A DNA stretch of 60,992 bases, the filler included, from Sphacelaria rigidula (Eukaryota), in assembly GCA_964200075.2 (NCBI GenBank). It is 9 parts of 9 records of this genome, joined end to end, with 100 filler letters (N's around TTAATTAATTAA, not from the genome) between each part and the next. Parts side by side here need not be neighbours in the genome. Positions count along the whole stretch, not along the records: positions 33,941 to 40,628 come from CAXNAA020018620.1; positions 40,729 to 47,416 come from CAXNAA020018621.1; 7 more parts are not named here. One strand, 5' to 3'. Below, in pieces: positions 35,947-47,516 of this stretch. The position numbers and the translations under genes were made by a program. How positions within the stretch are numbered: the first letter of the stretch is position 1; every line of letters begins with the position of its first letter. The notes beneath the pieces were generated by a model that worked only from the letters and a program-made list of their open reading frames with translations, had not been told where the DNA came from and made no database searches.

Positions 35947-37851
35947 TCAGCCCATATACACCTCCACCCCCCTTAGGTGTGGGGCGGCTAAGACAGGAAC
36001 AATATGACCACCCACGCATGCAGGCGAACACATGCCCATCCCCGAACTCTGCACTGTGCAATTCCTCTCCTGGTACATAGCGTCACCGGTTCTCCGAAAA
36101 AGACTCAGTTTTCCCGACGTTCGCTCCGTCGTGTGCATTTTCTCCAGGTCTCCGGTGAGTTTTCCCGGCACCAGGTCCGTCGTCACGTCGCCCAGGTCTA
36201 CCACTTCGGGCAAGCTCAACGCCCGATTACCAACAACGGCGAGCATGGATGTGTACTGCCCCAATCTCCACGCAAAACCAGCAGAGACTTTAGGCAGGAG
36301 AATATTTCCACCGCTGAGTCCTTCAACGATTACCGTGAGCAGCACAAAATGCCTCAAGAGGTCGGCGTCTGCAAGGACGCCTCCGACCAGGGCTATAAGA
36401 CCCGCCACAGGGGAATCATCCAAGATCAACACCAGAGCACTGCATTCATAGGCTACAGAGCCAAAGTACCAACCGAGTAGTGCCACATACTGGTTTGCAC
36501 CGCCCATGAACGCAGCCCCCAGCGCCACCGCGAGAGGTGTGACGAACGTCATAGCCGCCCCAAGGGTGGCGCCCTCTGACTTAAAAACCAAACCTGCTCC
36601 CACTAACGATCCAAGCATCACAGCCCATGACGCGACTCTGTAGGCAGCATGCCGGCCTCTTCCTATCGTGAACGAGCTGCCTATAGGATCCAGTAGTCTG
36701 TATGTCACCGATGAGTCGACGTCAGACGCCCCAAACACTCCCAAGGCAATAGCGCAAAACTCCCCTACAGCCGCCGGTCTGAGTCTCACCGCATGCGTCG
36801 TGTTTGACGAAAACGCAAGCCATACAACGAGCACTGTGTTAACAAAGGATGATAGGGCCCTGGCCATCTCAAGCCAGGTAGACCCAAACCTTCGGTCGCC
36901 ACTGAAAGCGCAAGCCGGGATGACTCGTACAGGTCCCCCCCAAGCTGTAGTGGCTGTAGCCCCGCAGTTGGAAATCATTATGCCAGGTTTCGTGCCGTAG
37001 ACCCGCTTCTGCCGCCACTCGAGGAGGGTGCTCCCATCGCTGATCACCTCGTACGTATGCCCTTCGTAGGAGATACTCCCCCCGGTGCCCTCAATCGCCA
37101 GTGGCTTCGGGTAGAGGCCAAAGCAGTGGTATAACCTCTCCTCCGCCCAATCGTCACAGCCAGGAATCACGCCCTGAGCTCGTTCCCGCAGGGCTTGCAG
37201 GTCTGGAAGCGACGCGCCTTCACGTCTCACCTGCTCCAAAGCTTCTGCCTTCCCCCGGAGCGAGTCCCGAAAATCGACACCCAAAAACCCCTTCATCTTT
37301 AGGATATTCCTGATCACTGTCATGCATTCCACGACAATGGTGAGCACCAATGCCACCCTGGCGATGGTCCTTTCGGTCAGCGCCACGTAAACTAGCGACC
37401 ACGGTATGCAAGCGGCACGGACTACCACGATTCCCCTTGATATCATACCGTCAATGGAGAGGCCTCCGCGCAGAATTGGGGTCCTGTACCCGCTCATCGA
37501 CCTGACAAGCGTGTACAGTGAAGTAAAGCCGCTGACCAACGGCGGCAAAAGCTCAAACCCAAACCCGAAGTACAAACCACTCAGCATCGAGGCGCTGGCG
37601 ATATACATCCTTGCTGCCCGTAACATGCCGGAGTAGCGAAGACCACCAGCAGCCTCAGGAGACGGGTCAAGGAGGCTTCCTCGACTGCGAGCGACCTCGC
37701 TAGCAACAGCAAGGTTCCTATCCTCTAAGGTGTCCGAAAGAAGATGAATCGGCAGCCTCAGGGCGTCTGGAATCGGGGTGAAACCACCCCCACCGTTAGA
37801 CTCGCAGTCATCCGAACCATTTCCGTGCACGTGTTGATCCATCACACTCAT
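35947..37851 (-). CDS. Intronless 634-aa multi-pass membrane protein of unknown family
   Basis: Uninterrupted 1.9-kb ORF. The first ATG (37851) is in an ACAATG context like the NR start. Two clusters of hydrophobic segments are separated by a ~130-aa soluble region. Confidence 0.7.
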   Translation of the reverse strand: MSVMDQHVHGNGSDDCESNGGGGFTPIPDALRLPIHLLSDTLEDRNLAVASEVARSRGSLLDPSPEAAGGLRYSGMLRAARMYIASASMLSGLYFGFGFELLPPLVSGFTSLYTLVRSMSGYRTPILRGGLSIDGMISRGIVVVRAACIPWSLVYVALTERTIARVALVLTIVVECMTVIRNILKMKGFLGVDFRDSLRGKAEALEQVRREGASLPDLQALRERAQGVIPGCDDWAEERLYHCFGLYPKPLAIEGTGGSISYEGHTYEVISDGSTLLEWRQKRVYGTKPGIMISNCGATATTAWGGPVRVIPACAFSGDRRFGSTWLEMARALSSFVNTVLVVWLAFSSNTTHAVRLRPAAVGEFCAIALGVFGASDVDSSVTYRLLDPIGSSFTIGRGRHAAYRVASWAVMLGSLVGAGLVFKSEGATLGAAMTFVTPLAVALGAAFMGGANQYVALLGWYFGSVAYECSALVLILDDSPVAGLIALVGGVLADADLLRHFVLLTVIVEGLSGGNILLPKVSAGFAWRLGQYTSMLAVVGNRALSLPEVVDLGDVTTDLVPGKLTGDLEKMHTTERTSGKLSLFRRTGDAMYQERNCTVQSSGMGMCSPACVGGHIVPVLAAPHLRGVEVYMG

Positions 37852-38829
37852 TGTTTGGGAAATGCGCCAATCGCCAGTAAAAGGTGGTCGATGTTGGCAG
37901 CTCAGCTCCGTCAAAGCTGCTTGCAAGGGGAAGAGGGCGAAGCATTACAAGAGAAAGATCAGACACATTGACACCTGAAAACACTGAGCTAAAAAAGGTG
38001 GAGCACCCCGTCTGCATCTCACGGAGGCCCGTCAATTTCGTCATGCCCAGGTCGCGGAGAGGATCCAAGGCAGAGGATAGTCACCACAGCTCGGATGACA
38101 GTAACGTACGTGTTGCGAAATACCACTGCTGTACGAATATGAAGACAAGAGCATGGACCTGAATGATCCACGGTTATTATGGTTAATGAGATTTGAGTGA
38201 ACACATAGAGAGCAAACCCAGGTGTCCGTGTCTCAAACTGTAACAATCACACCGAAAAAATGTGCGTTATCTTCCGGAATATGACGGTGTTCGCAGTATA
38301 GCTCCGGGCTCCATGAGAAAGAGGGGGAGGACTGCAAGATCGCAGGATACGCTGGAGAGCATAGCTGAAAGGGTGTGCTGCTCGTGATTGCTTTGTGACG
38401 CAGCACGCACCAGTAGTGTATTTTCGGGGGATGCGTCTTTTCGCCGACTACACGGAACAAGCCCTCATAACCGCGCGGCGGTTTTGACGAGGCACACCAT
38501 TCCCCCGACAAAGGCTCATCGCCGCATTCGAGCAGTGGGGGGCCCGTCAAAGTCAAAGTGCACGGAAACACCACCGGTGTAAGATAACCAACGTGCAGCC
38601 AGGGAATTAGTGATCTTTTGTGTTCGCACACAGTATCGTTTGTTTCAGGGGGCTGGGGGAATTTTCATCGCGCCTAAGATGGGTGTACCCAAAAAACGGT
38701 CCTATTCATAGGACTGATTGGAATAGGACATGTGTCTCATCCACGCTTCTGAAGTGGATCTCCTGCTCATCTCCGAAAGTGCCGCATCCATGCCTTGGAG
38801 GTATGGACGTGTGATAGAGACGAATTAAA

Positions 38830-39432
38830 ATGTTTTGGGATACGTATACCAGAAATCAGGTGCCCTGCGTGCGTGTCGGGCGGTCATTAAAAAAAAACGG
38901 CATCCCAAACTGCACCATAAAAAAAATCGAAACGCCAGGAGGACGGGACACCTGCGCTACCTACTCGATGACATCGTTCACGCCAGATCAAACACAAAAT
39001 CATCCGTACGACAAGAGACGCACTCGAGCCCTTCAAAACAAACGATACCGAAGGTCCGCTGCGTACCAGAAGTACTTGGAAGCCAGGAAAAGTGATGTGG
39101 CTTACCGGTGGCGCGTGTTCAAGGGGCAGGCTAAAAGGCGGAACATTAATGTGTCGATTAGCTTCGACGAGTACAGTAGCATCGTGCGTAGCGCGTGCTG
39201 GTATTGCGGCGATTTCACATACAACGGATACTCAGGCGTAGACCGCGTGCATAACGCGGGGACGTACCAAAAAGACAACGTTGTTGCTTCCTGCAAAACT
39301 TGCAATTTCATGAAAGGATCACTTTCGGTCACCGAGTTCTTGGGAAAGGTCGAACGCATCACCAGAGAGCAACACGCAACGTCTACAGGGAAGGCCGTAA
39401 GTATCTCGGAGGTTGTTGGTCCACAGATATAG
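38830..39432 (+). CDS. HNH/His-Me finger endonuclease of the type common in large DNA viruses and phages
   Basis: AKRRNINVSISFDEY..IV...CWYCG...GVDRVHNAGTYQKDNVVASCKTCNFMKGSL...FL is a CxxC...DR...N...CxxCN..K signature. The ORF is intronless. The start may be the second ATG at 38968. Confidence 0.8.
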   Translation: MFWDTYTRNQVPCVRVGRSLKKNGIPNCTIKKIETPGGRDTCATYSMTSFTPDQTQNHPYDKRRTRALQNKRYRRSAAYQKYLEARKSDVAYRWRVFKGQAKRRNINVSISFDEYSSIVRSACWYCGDFTYNGYSGVDRVHNAGTYQKDNVVASCKTCNFMKGSLSVTEFLGKVERITREQHATSTGKAVSISEVVGPQI

Positions 39433-39572
39433 TTTCACCACGCGGCCCTTGTCGTTGACTGTGAAACCTCACCAGCCCGAGAGAGCGGAATCTATGTCCA
39501 AGTAGGTCGTGTTCTTCCAATTAGGTGCATCGGTCCACCGATACAGGACACGTCACGATCGATCGGAGCCAT
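39405..39572 (-). pseudogene. Decayed first exon of a leucine-rich-repeat (LRR/ROCO-type) gene (LRR N-cap)
   Basis: MAPIDRD(fs)VLYRWTDAPNWKNTTYLDIDSALSGW*GFTVNDKGRVVKLYLWTNNLR matches the brown-algal LRR N-cap pattern as recalled (DR.AL..L..ST.G.NW....W.......W.GV.V...GRV..L.L..NNL.G). It has a frameshift, an in-frame stop, and a donor site changed to AT. Confidence 0.7.
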
Positions 39573-39931
39573 TAAAGGGGGGCGCTTGTGTGGAGCGGGA
39601 CAAATGCATAAATGCTGTGGCAGGAGCTGAAAAAATTGAAGTCTAGTGGATGGGCGCGATCACTTTCTGCCAGCCGTCTTTCGCGGCCGAGGGTTGAGTG
39701 TGCGCCATTGTTTTCTGCCGCCTTTCGCGGCTGAGGGATGATTCCAACCTGAGTGTACACTAGGATGTTCACAAGCAATACATTTTGCCGTGGCGCACGA
39801 ACGATGCCACAACGGTCTGCGGCGTGGTCACCGCCCCTATTTCCGGCATCTAGATCACGGCATGTTACACACGCTCACAAAATAACAAAAGGAGAACAGG
39901 GCAACAGGATGGGACAAACACGCCGGCTTGC

Positions 39932-40478
39932 CAGGTAACCCATACCCTGAGCACCGACCTTCACCAGGGTTGCCGCGTGTGTGTCACCTCGTACACTGCA
40001 AATCTTTGCACGTGTCTTGCGAACGCACACCCGCGTCAGAGAAGCTGTGAAGAAGACCCACCTCTGTACTTTTGCAGAGTTGTACGCGGGGCGAACCTAG
40101 ATCCTATATTCCGTTCCCACTGGCGCCACCTCTCTCTTTGTGTAGCTCCCGTCTATGCGGTGGTTGCGCCTATGCGCCCTCGCTACTGCTGTTGGCCGAC
40201 TTGTCAGGTACCCCTTACTCTAGGCACCGACCTTCACCAGGGTTGCCACGTGCGTGTCGTCTCGTACACTGCTCATCTCTGCACGTGTCTGCGAAAAATC
40301 ACCCGCGACAGAGAAGCTCCTGCGATCAAGACGCACCTTTGTATTTTGAAGAGTTGAACACGGGGCGAAGCTAGATCCTATGATCCGTTCCAACTGGCGC
40401 CGCCTCTCCCTTTGTGTAGCTCCCCTCTGTAACGTGGTTACGCCTGTGCGCCCTCGCTACTGCTGCTGGCTGCCCCTG
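39932..40478. repeat. Two diverged tandem ~273-bp units
   Basis: 39932-40204 and 40205-40478 share CAGGTA..., GCACCGACCTTCACCAGGGTTGCC, CTCGTACACTGC, CTAGATCCTAT and TGCGCCCTCGCTACTGCTG. Confidence 0.85.
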
Positions 40479-40628
40479 TGTGTCGTGCACGAGGCAAACA
40501 ACAGGTGCCACCCGGACGACTATCAAAAAAGAGTGACGACGGCGTAGACACTCGGACACGGCCTGAGGACCGACGCCCGGATGGGTAGGGTGACTCGTGT
40601 ACAGAGGAGAGCTGGGGGCCCTAGTAGG

Positions 40629-40728
40629 NNNNNNNNNNNNNNNNNNNNNNNNNNNNNNNNNNNNNNNNNNNNTTAATTAATTAANNNNNNNNNNNNNNNN
40701 NNNNNNNNNNNNNNNNNNNNNNNNNNNN
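40629..40728. other. Artificial contig-joining spacer
   Basis: N44-TTAATTAATTAA-N44. Confidence 0.98.
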
Positions 40729-41266
40729 CCCCCCCCCCCCCCCCCCCCCCCCCCCTCAAAAACTCGAATTTTCGATTTTGGGGCCTACGTGTCCCGAAAT
40801 ATATTTTTGACAGACCCTCGGTCCAACAAATATGTATCGTCCCGTGCCACCCAGGATTTCAAGGGCGCAAAATAGCGCCGCGCGAACCCTGCTCTAGGTG
40901 GTTGATGTTTCTCTTTCTCGGTACTCGATATTCCGTCCACCTACTTGTAGTGACCGTTTGCAAAGTAACCAACACACGACAATGCGTAGGATTCGCTTTT
41001 CACGGGTTGAGACATGAATGGCCTTCACCTCAAAATAATCTGGTTTTGGCAAGTTGATCGCCCAAGACAATCGGTCGCCCGAGGCATCGGTCCGTTTCTG
41101 GGGAAATATGCCCTTTATGCCGTGCGTATTATCGCATACACTGCACCCAGCATGTGCGCATTATGTCAGACCACTTCCGCTCCAACGAGCATTATGGACA
41201 CCATCGTGCCCCCCTCGCATTTTTTCGTGTCTTGAACCCATTCGTACGCGTGTCATTTTTGCACAG

Positions 41267-44200
41267 ATGTGTGTATCATGCTTGGCGTTTTGACGCAGAT
41301 GGCAAATGCCTCAAAATTCCACAGAGCAACCGCGATGGGAAGGACGAGGCGCAGCCTTCCGCCTGTGCCACAGTCTACCCCACCAAGGTATTCCCTGTTC
41401 CAGGCTAGGCCCCCAGTGCGGTCAATTCACTGACCTGAGGTAGATCTCACCGCTCGCGATGGGGATTTGTGGCGGCGTACCGTGCATTGCCTGTGATTGG
41501 AAACACATGCCCATGTGCCCCGAGAACCTATGCCGTTGGTAGTACCATATCGACGGCTGTTGGCGTCGAAACCACCATATATGCCATTATGTGGCTCGTG
41601 CTTGCGTGTCTATCAGGGTGGCGTGATATCTGTGATGCACTATGCTCACCGGCAGGGTCCTTGATTTTCAACTACAAGCTGGGGGGTCGTTGGGCATTCG
41701 AGCTGTTTATTGTATAAAGTGTGTGATCGGCGTGAATGTAGAATGTACCGTACACCTTGTTAACTGTCAACAGGTGGCACAAGGCATAATCTGGGTATGG
41801 GGGAACGCAGGTCCGGATGCCGGTCTCGAGAGCGCCCTTGCTCCTCTACCGCTTATACCGGAGCTCGATGATACAGAGGGACTGAAAGAAGGGAGGGTTA
41901 TTGCAACTCCGTTATCGGTCAGAGATGTGCCGTATGGATGGGACACCATGATGGAAAACATCGTGGTATGTGACGCGTTTTCTTTTCTGTTGTTGTTGGA
42001 ATGGAACACCGGGTTTTGGTAGATATGGCGTGTCTCGGGTATAGCGTTGGCAAGCTATTCTCGAAAATTACGGTGCTGTTGTCAAATCATCGGGGATTCA
42101 TGTTACAGACGGTGGTCGTGTGTCAACTGTTCGTTCGCTCTCGTTGACAAGCTCGTGCGTCGTTTTGTTGCCAACATTGCATTATGAATGAGTGAAAATT
42201 TTCGCGCGGGAAACGTCATATGCAGCAGAATGATGCTTACAGATGGAGGCTCACAGTGCGTCGCTGAGCCAAAGCTGCATGCAACGCACCGACTCACGGT
42301 TCGTTGTTCACCTCTTTATCCTCCATATTGTGCACAGCGCTTGTCTACCAGCCATCGTTTGCAACCTAATTCTTCACATTCGCTGTGCTTTTTTGCCTTC
42401 CGCCTTCCTTGTGTGTATTTGTCTCTGTCCGTGTGTGTTGTTCTACCATATCGATACCATTCCGAGAGTTCAGGATCCTTCCCACGTCCCCGTATCACAT
42501 CACGGTGAGTCATTACCTTCTGGGCACCCGACCCGATTCACCCTTCACCATAAACGTGGGGAGTTAAGGTGTTTTGGGTACGCAACTCCCGCTCAACAAA
42601 ATGCAGATCCTTTTACGTACGAATTATGTGCATTTGCGCACGGTAAGCGCCCTCTGATTGCGACAATCCGTGGATTACGGGTGCGCTGGCGACACAGCTG
42701 GATGCCTCTAGCTCTTCCAATCACGTATATAGTGTAAAAAATGACATCGCTAGTATTAGACCGTCTCACTTGACACCGTATTGAATTTCATCCTTGGAGA
42801 TATTCCCCCCTCTTGATTCAAAACCGACATGGCCCGTGAAACGCGCAAAATGCTGTTCTTCGGGTCACCGTCGAGCTGACAAGATTTGAGTAAAAGACAG
42901 ACCGCATATTTTCTCGCTGCTTTCCAGGTCGTGCGGGCAATCGCTACACGGATCCCAAGCCGTTGCAATACCCAGTGCCGATGCTGGCGAAGGTAAGTTT
43001 GCAAGTTTTTCTTTTACTCGGCTTTGCTCGTTGCGAAGGAATATACGCAAGAGGGATTATCATACTACGTAGTGTTTAAACGGTGAGACGCCCGTTGGGC
43101 AGTATGTAACCCGTGGCCGTCTGTGGAAGTGGCCACCAGGAAGTGATGCAACTGATTGTTTGCTGTCGTCTATGTGCAAGATTATCAGTACGTTTTGGGC
43201 CCAACGGTCTTACAGGATGCAGCTCACCCTTCATGCGACTCGCCGAACATGTCACGGCGCTTTGCCCTTGGTGATTGCAAGCCCGGTCCGTCAACAACCC
43301 GGCGTGCTCCGTCCCGGCTTTGTAGGGACGCGAGGTCAATGATCTTATGATCACGGCATGCAAGATCATGAGTACACCCTCCTCCTCCGCTGAACGGTGT
43401 GCATTTCATCGCAGGATGGCTTTCGACTGGACCACAACAAAAAAATTGGAGAACAGTACACGCTATTCAAACCTCCTGTCCTGGTGAGTACGTCGACATC
43501 TCAGTTTTCTGAGCTTCTTCACTTTTGCTCCAACTTGTAGTTACTGACGTAAGTTGGTGCAAGGTTGATACAGTGATCCGTCGGAGTATCCGGGAGCTTT
43601 GTGGAACGCGTAGCTCGAACATCTCGCTGATGGCAGAGTGCCCCAACATCAAACTTCGGTCGACGATCGTTGATCCGCCCGCGTTCACGCACGCAATGAT
43701 TTATCGGAACTTTGACGCTGGTCGTGAATGCAAGAGCGCAAATGCGGTTTTTTCATTCAAGGATTCGATCAGTGGCGGTGTGGCATCGGAGAGCAGGGGT
43801 AGGTTCTCCCGTTAGGTGTCGCAGGTTTTGTTGGCTCTCGAAGGAGATTCAGCGATGATGGTTGTGAAATCCGCGAATCATCGCGCTCACTGTTTGCATC
43901 TTCGTCGTCTAAGTACGAATATCCTGTTTTTCACATCCATGCGTTGGTTGTGGTCAACGGTGCAGTCAAACTCCGCAAAGGGAGCAACATAAATAAAAGG
44001 TTGTCCCTGCTTTTTCGTACCTTGCTTTATTCCCACCCAACTAATATTCACAAGGTGACACCTGCGTCTGTGCTGCCTAATGGTATGAAGATCCAGCTGA
44101 TTCCTTATGCCACGCCGTCCAGACCAGGGTATACTCGTTTCCTTTTTCGCCTGGTGAGCTGGTCCCATACACTGGTGGTCGACTTGCTTGTACTGGGGGC

Positions 44201-47138
44201 TTTATCGTAACATTGGATGTTCGCCTTGATGGTTCCCCCCCGCTCTTTTTGAACGGGTGCGTCCATGAATACCATCGCGCGGGTACACATTGAAGAGTCG
44301 GGCGTATCTCTCCAAAGGTGGTGTGGTGTTTGGCGAAAGATAGCAAATGCCCAGCTCTGGGCAGATTTTAGATGCCCAAGCGCATTTTGCGTTTTGTGTA
44401 AAGGGGGGCACGTTGACCTGAGGGCTGCACTCGTGCCAATCAAATTTCGTGCGGGCTTGACTAAAGAGGATACGTTGTGTATCTACCTGGAAAGTTCGCC
44501 CGGCACGAGTAGTCGTTAATGTTGGATCTTGGCTGTACGGAAGCGGCGAGAGTCAAGGGGCGATTGATGGCGGCTTCGCCCGCGCTGGACTGACTTTGCA
44601 CGTCTTGCAGTAAAATGAAGTCGCGTCCTTTCTCGCTGCACATCGCAGATGATTGTGTTGGAAGGCGATGCACTCAAAGGACAAGGCGGTCTCAAAAGGT
44701 GAGATGAGGAGGTTCATCCCCGGTTGCGCGCGTGTAGTGACAGCCTCGTACTTTCATGGAGTGCCCTGAACGGTGCCGGTGCGCCGATGACTCCGATCGT
44801 CATGCGTTTGTGCACTCGCCCCGGTTGATTGATTGATTTGATTGATTGTCGCACATCAGCCGATCCCCTAGGAGTCATGACCCAGCCGTGGTCATGATCC
44901 GTAAGATAGGCGTACGTACCCAAGGTAAACAGTTGTAGGTCATTATCCGCACGACAGACGTATTCACCCAAGGTAAACAGTTGTATCGTTCTTTAATGCA
45001 CTCTCAGTCGTCAATTGATCGATCGCCACGAAGTCCGCGTGATGTCGAGGGGATTCACAGCATCATCCTTGACTGCTTTCGTTTAGTCTGTTTCCGTTCG
45101 TCGGGTTAACGTTGTCTATCGGCTTAGCTCGCCCCTGCCTCATGCTCGCGCCCCGGGTTATCCGTTCGCAACTCTGACTACCATATCTGTTGGGTTTACT
45201 GTTTGCCTTGTGTACCATCCGTTCTCTCTCAATATGCTGTCGTGGTTTCTAGACTTGTGAGGAAGCTATTGACCCCGTTTTCCGAGGCTTCGTGGATAAA
45301 CCACATCCAGGGTACTGCCTTCATTCACCAAGACATGGTTTTCCTTCATCACCAGGCGAGTGTAGAGGTGTCATTGACGTCATGAAAATGGAGAAACTCC
45401 AGACCCCGTTCTGCTCCGCTGCGGTCAGCGATGGTGCCAAGGTCGCTTGTGAGCCTGGCAGAAACCTTCATTCCCCGATATTTGATATGAACATGTCTAG
45501 TTGTGCGCCGCGAACTGACTTTTATTCCTGGCTACAGGAAAGGACCTTCGCCGATGCCGGAGTCGACAGCTCGTCGTATAAACAACTTACTTTCACGCCT
45601 TGCGCGGCTGATCGGGGTGTGCTTGCCGTGTGAGTATCCAGTTTGCGTGCTCCGATTTCTCGGAGAACATTCCACAGCTGTTTTCAGAGCTTAACGCGAC
45701 AGCAGTCATGGCGATAAATGCACTCATTGCAAGATGTTATTCATGCCGTCATGTAGTGATGTGTTTGTCGTGCATCGTGTTCGCGGCTCATCAAATGTGG
45801 AAGCTAAGAACCCGCAGCATATAATGCGCGTTGATACTTCCATTGTCCTCTTTCTTGTTTCGTATTAAATTGACCATAGTCTCGCCGTGAACACCATACG
45901 TTTGCCCTCCAGTGCGTTGTCGTCTTGTGCACCGTGCCTTGAAACCTCGAGGGCATGGCGTTGTTTCGTATAGCCAGCCGATCGTGACGGCTGAGTAGAT
46001 TTTGCAATCATCAACACTACTCCAAACTCTCTCAGTGCTTTTAGCCATTCTTCTGTCAGCAGCGATCGCTCTTTTGTCTCTTTTGCCTGTAGCATTTGTT
46101 TTTGTGATCACCATGGTACATACGTCGGGCGTTGTAATTGTGTCCAGGAGACGGTGGATATCAACTTTCGGTGGTGGCGGTCCCGCTTGGAGCGCCGGCT
46201 GTGATACAACACTGCCACCCCGCGCGACCAACCGCGATGATCTATTCAACGTCTACCAGGTACTTACTGTATGTACTATCGCAGACGAAAATGGAATGAT
46301 TATCGCGTGGAGATACCGCACGCGTCACCGCCGTTAACGTCAAAAGTACCTGGTGAAGTTGACCGGCAATCTCAACGTGTCCCGGTGTGGAAAGCTATCC
46401 GCGTCACATCGATATGCACTACTCGGTCTGATTCACTAAGGGCCATGTTTTAGATGTCGTCACTGCTCCGACATATGAATCTAAACGGTGTGCCTGTGCA
46501 GAACAATACGTACTGTGTGCTGACCCATACATGACACCTTGTATCGCGTTTTTGTTTTCTGTACGCAGCATCACACCAAGAACTGCAAGAGCTGCCAAGG
46601 CGCCCTGAAGAATGTCGAAAGGGGCTTGAAAGCAGCGGAGACTTCTTCGGTACTTTCCATCGCTTGGGTGAGAAAAACATCTGCTGAGTATGAGGGGTCA
46701 TTCGATTCCTGGTGTTGCGGGCTCTACTGCTGCTTGTTGCACATTGAACCATGCTGAACGTTATAACGTATGAGCAGCGGGTTTGTTGTTTCGGGTATCT
46801 GAATGGTAACATATCCATGGCATGTGCCATCTGGTGCCTTTCCCACTCATTTGTATTCGGTTGTGTAAAACGCACAAGAAATTCGTCTTTCTCAGTACGA
46901 AGATCGCCATCCAAGAGGACTCTTCTCTCGCCGTTCCCTACCGCCCTCGCCCTCGGCGTTGTTTCGCCATCATATTCGTCCTCGAACGTTTGGCACTGCG
47001 ACATTCCAGGCGGTCCTAAGGGGAGCACGATCTGCGGCTTTGTCTGCGCCATCATCTTCCTCTGCTCTAAGCCTTGCTACCTTGAAGGCCATGCTTCCTG
47101 GACTGATCATGGTGGGAGCGAGCCTGGCGATGTTGAAG
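41267..47138 (+). CDS. PAO: Pheophorbide a oxygenase / TIC55-like Rieske non-heme iron oxygenase, multi-exon, partial at both ends
   Basis: Phase-consistent exons 41267-41387, 41774-41965, 42474-42504, 42928-42992, 43415-43483, 44055-44153, 44649-44698, 45253-45355, 45538-45629, 46148-46259, 46569-46667 and 47010-47138. They give the Rieske half-motif CVYHAWRFD, the mononuclear Fe site ENIVDPSHVPVSHHG, YATPSRPG, QDMVFLHHQER and the C-terminal HTKNCKSC followed by TM helices. The exact paralogue (PAO vs TIC55/PTC52) is not resolved. Confidence 0.9.
43304..43375 (+). mobile_element. LINE 3'-terminal element, subfamily B, in a PAO intron
   Basis: GTGCTCCGTCCCGGCTTTGTAGGGACG...GAGTAC followed by ACCCTCCTCCTCC. 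Confidence 0.75.
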
Positions 47139-47416
47139 GTAACTTGCCATGCTCAGTATTTTATTTACTGGGTGGGGAAAACAACGTTTTCGTGCAGGAG
47201 AAGGGCGTCACTATCCAAGTTTATTTCTCCATAGAGGTTGTAGCGTGGTCGATTGGTGCATCAATCCAAAAACATCGACGGGTTACGGAAGTGCTGATCA
47301 ATTGCTCGGCGATAAGTCGCAAGGCAGGTGCCGGCGGAGACGACCCTTTGAGACTGCGGACTCGTCCCCGGGAAAGGGACGGCTGCAGTGGGTGTACTCA
47401 TGATCATGCATGCCAT

Positions 47417-47516
47417 NNNNNNNNNNNNNNNNNNNNNNNNNNNNNNNNNNNNNNNNNNNNTTAATTAATTAANNNNNNNNNNNNNNNNNNNNNNNNNNNN
47501 NNNNNNNNNNNNNNNN
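47417..47516. other. Artificial contig-joining spacer
   Basis: N44-TTAATTAATTAA-N44. Confidence 0.98.
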
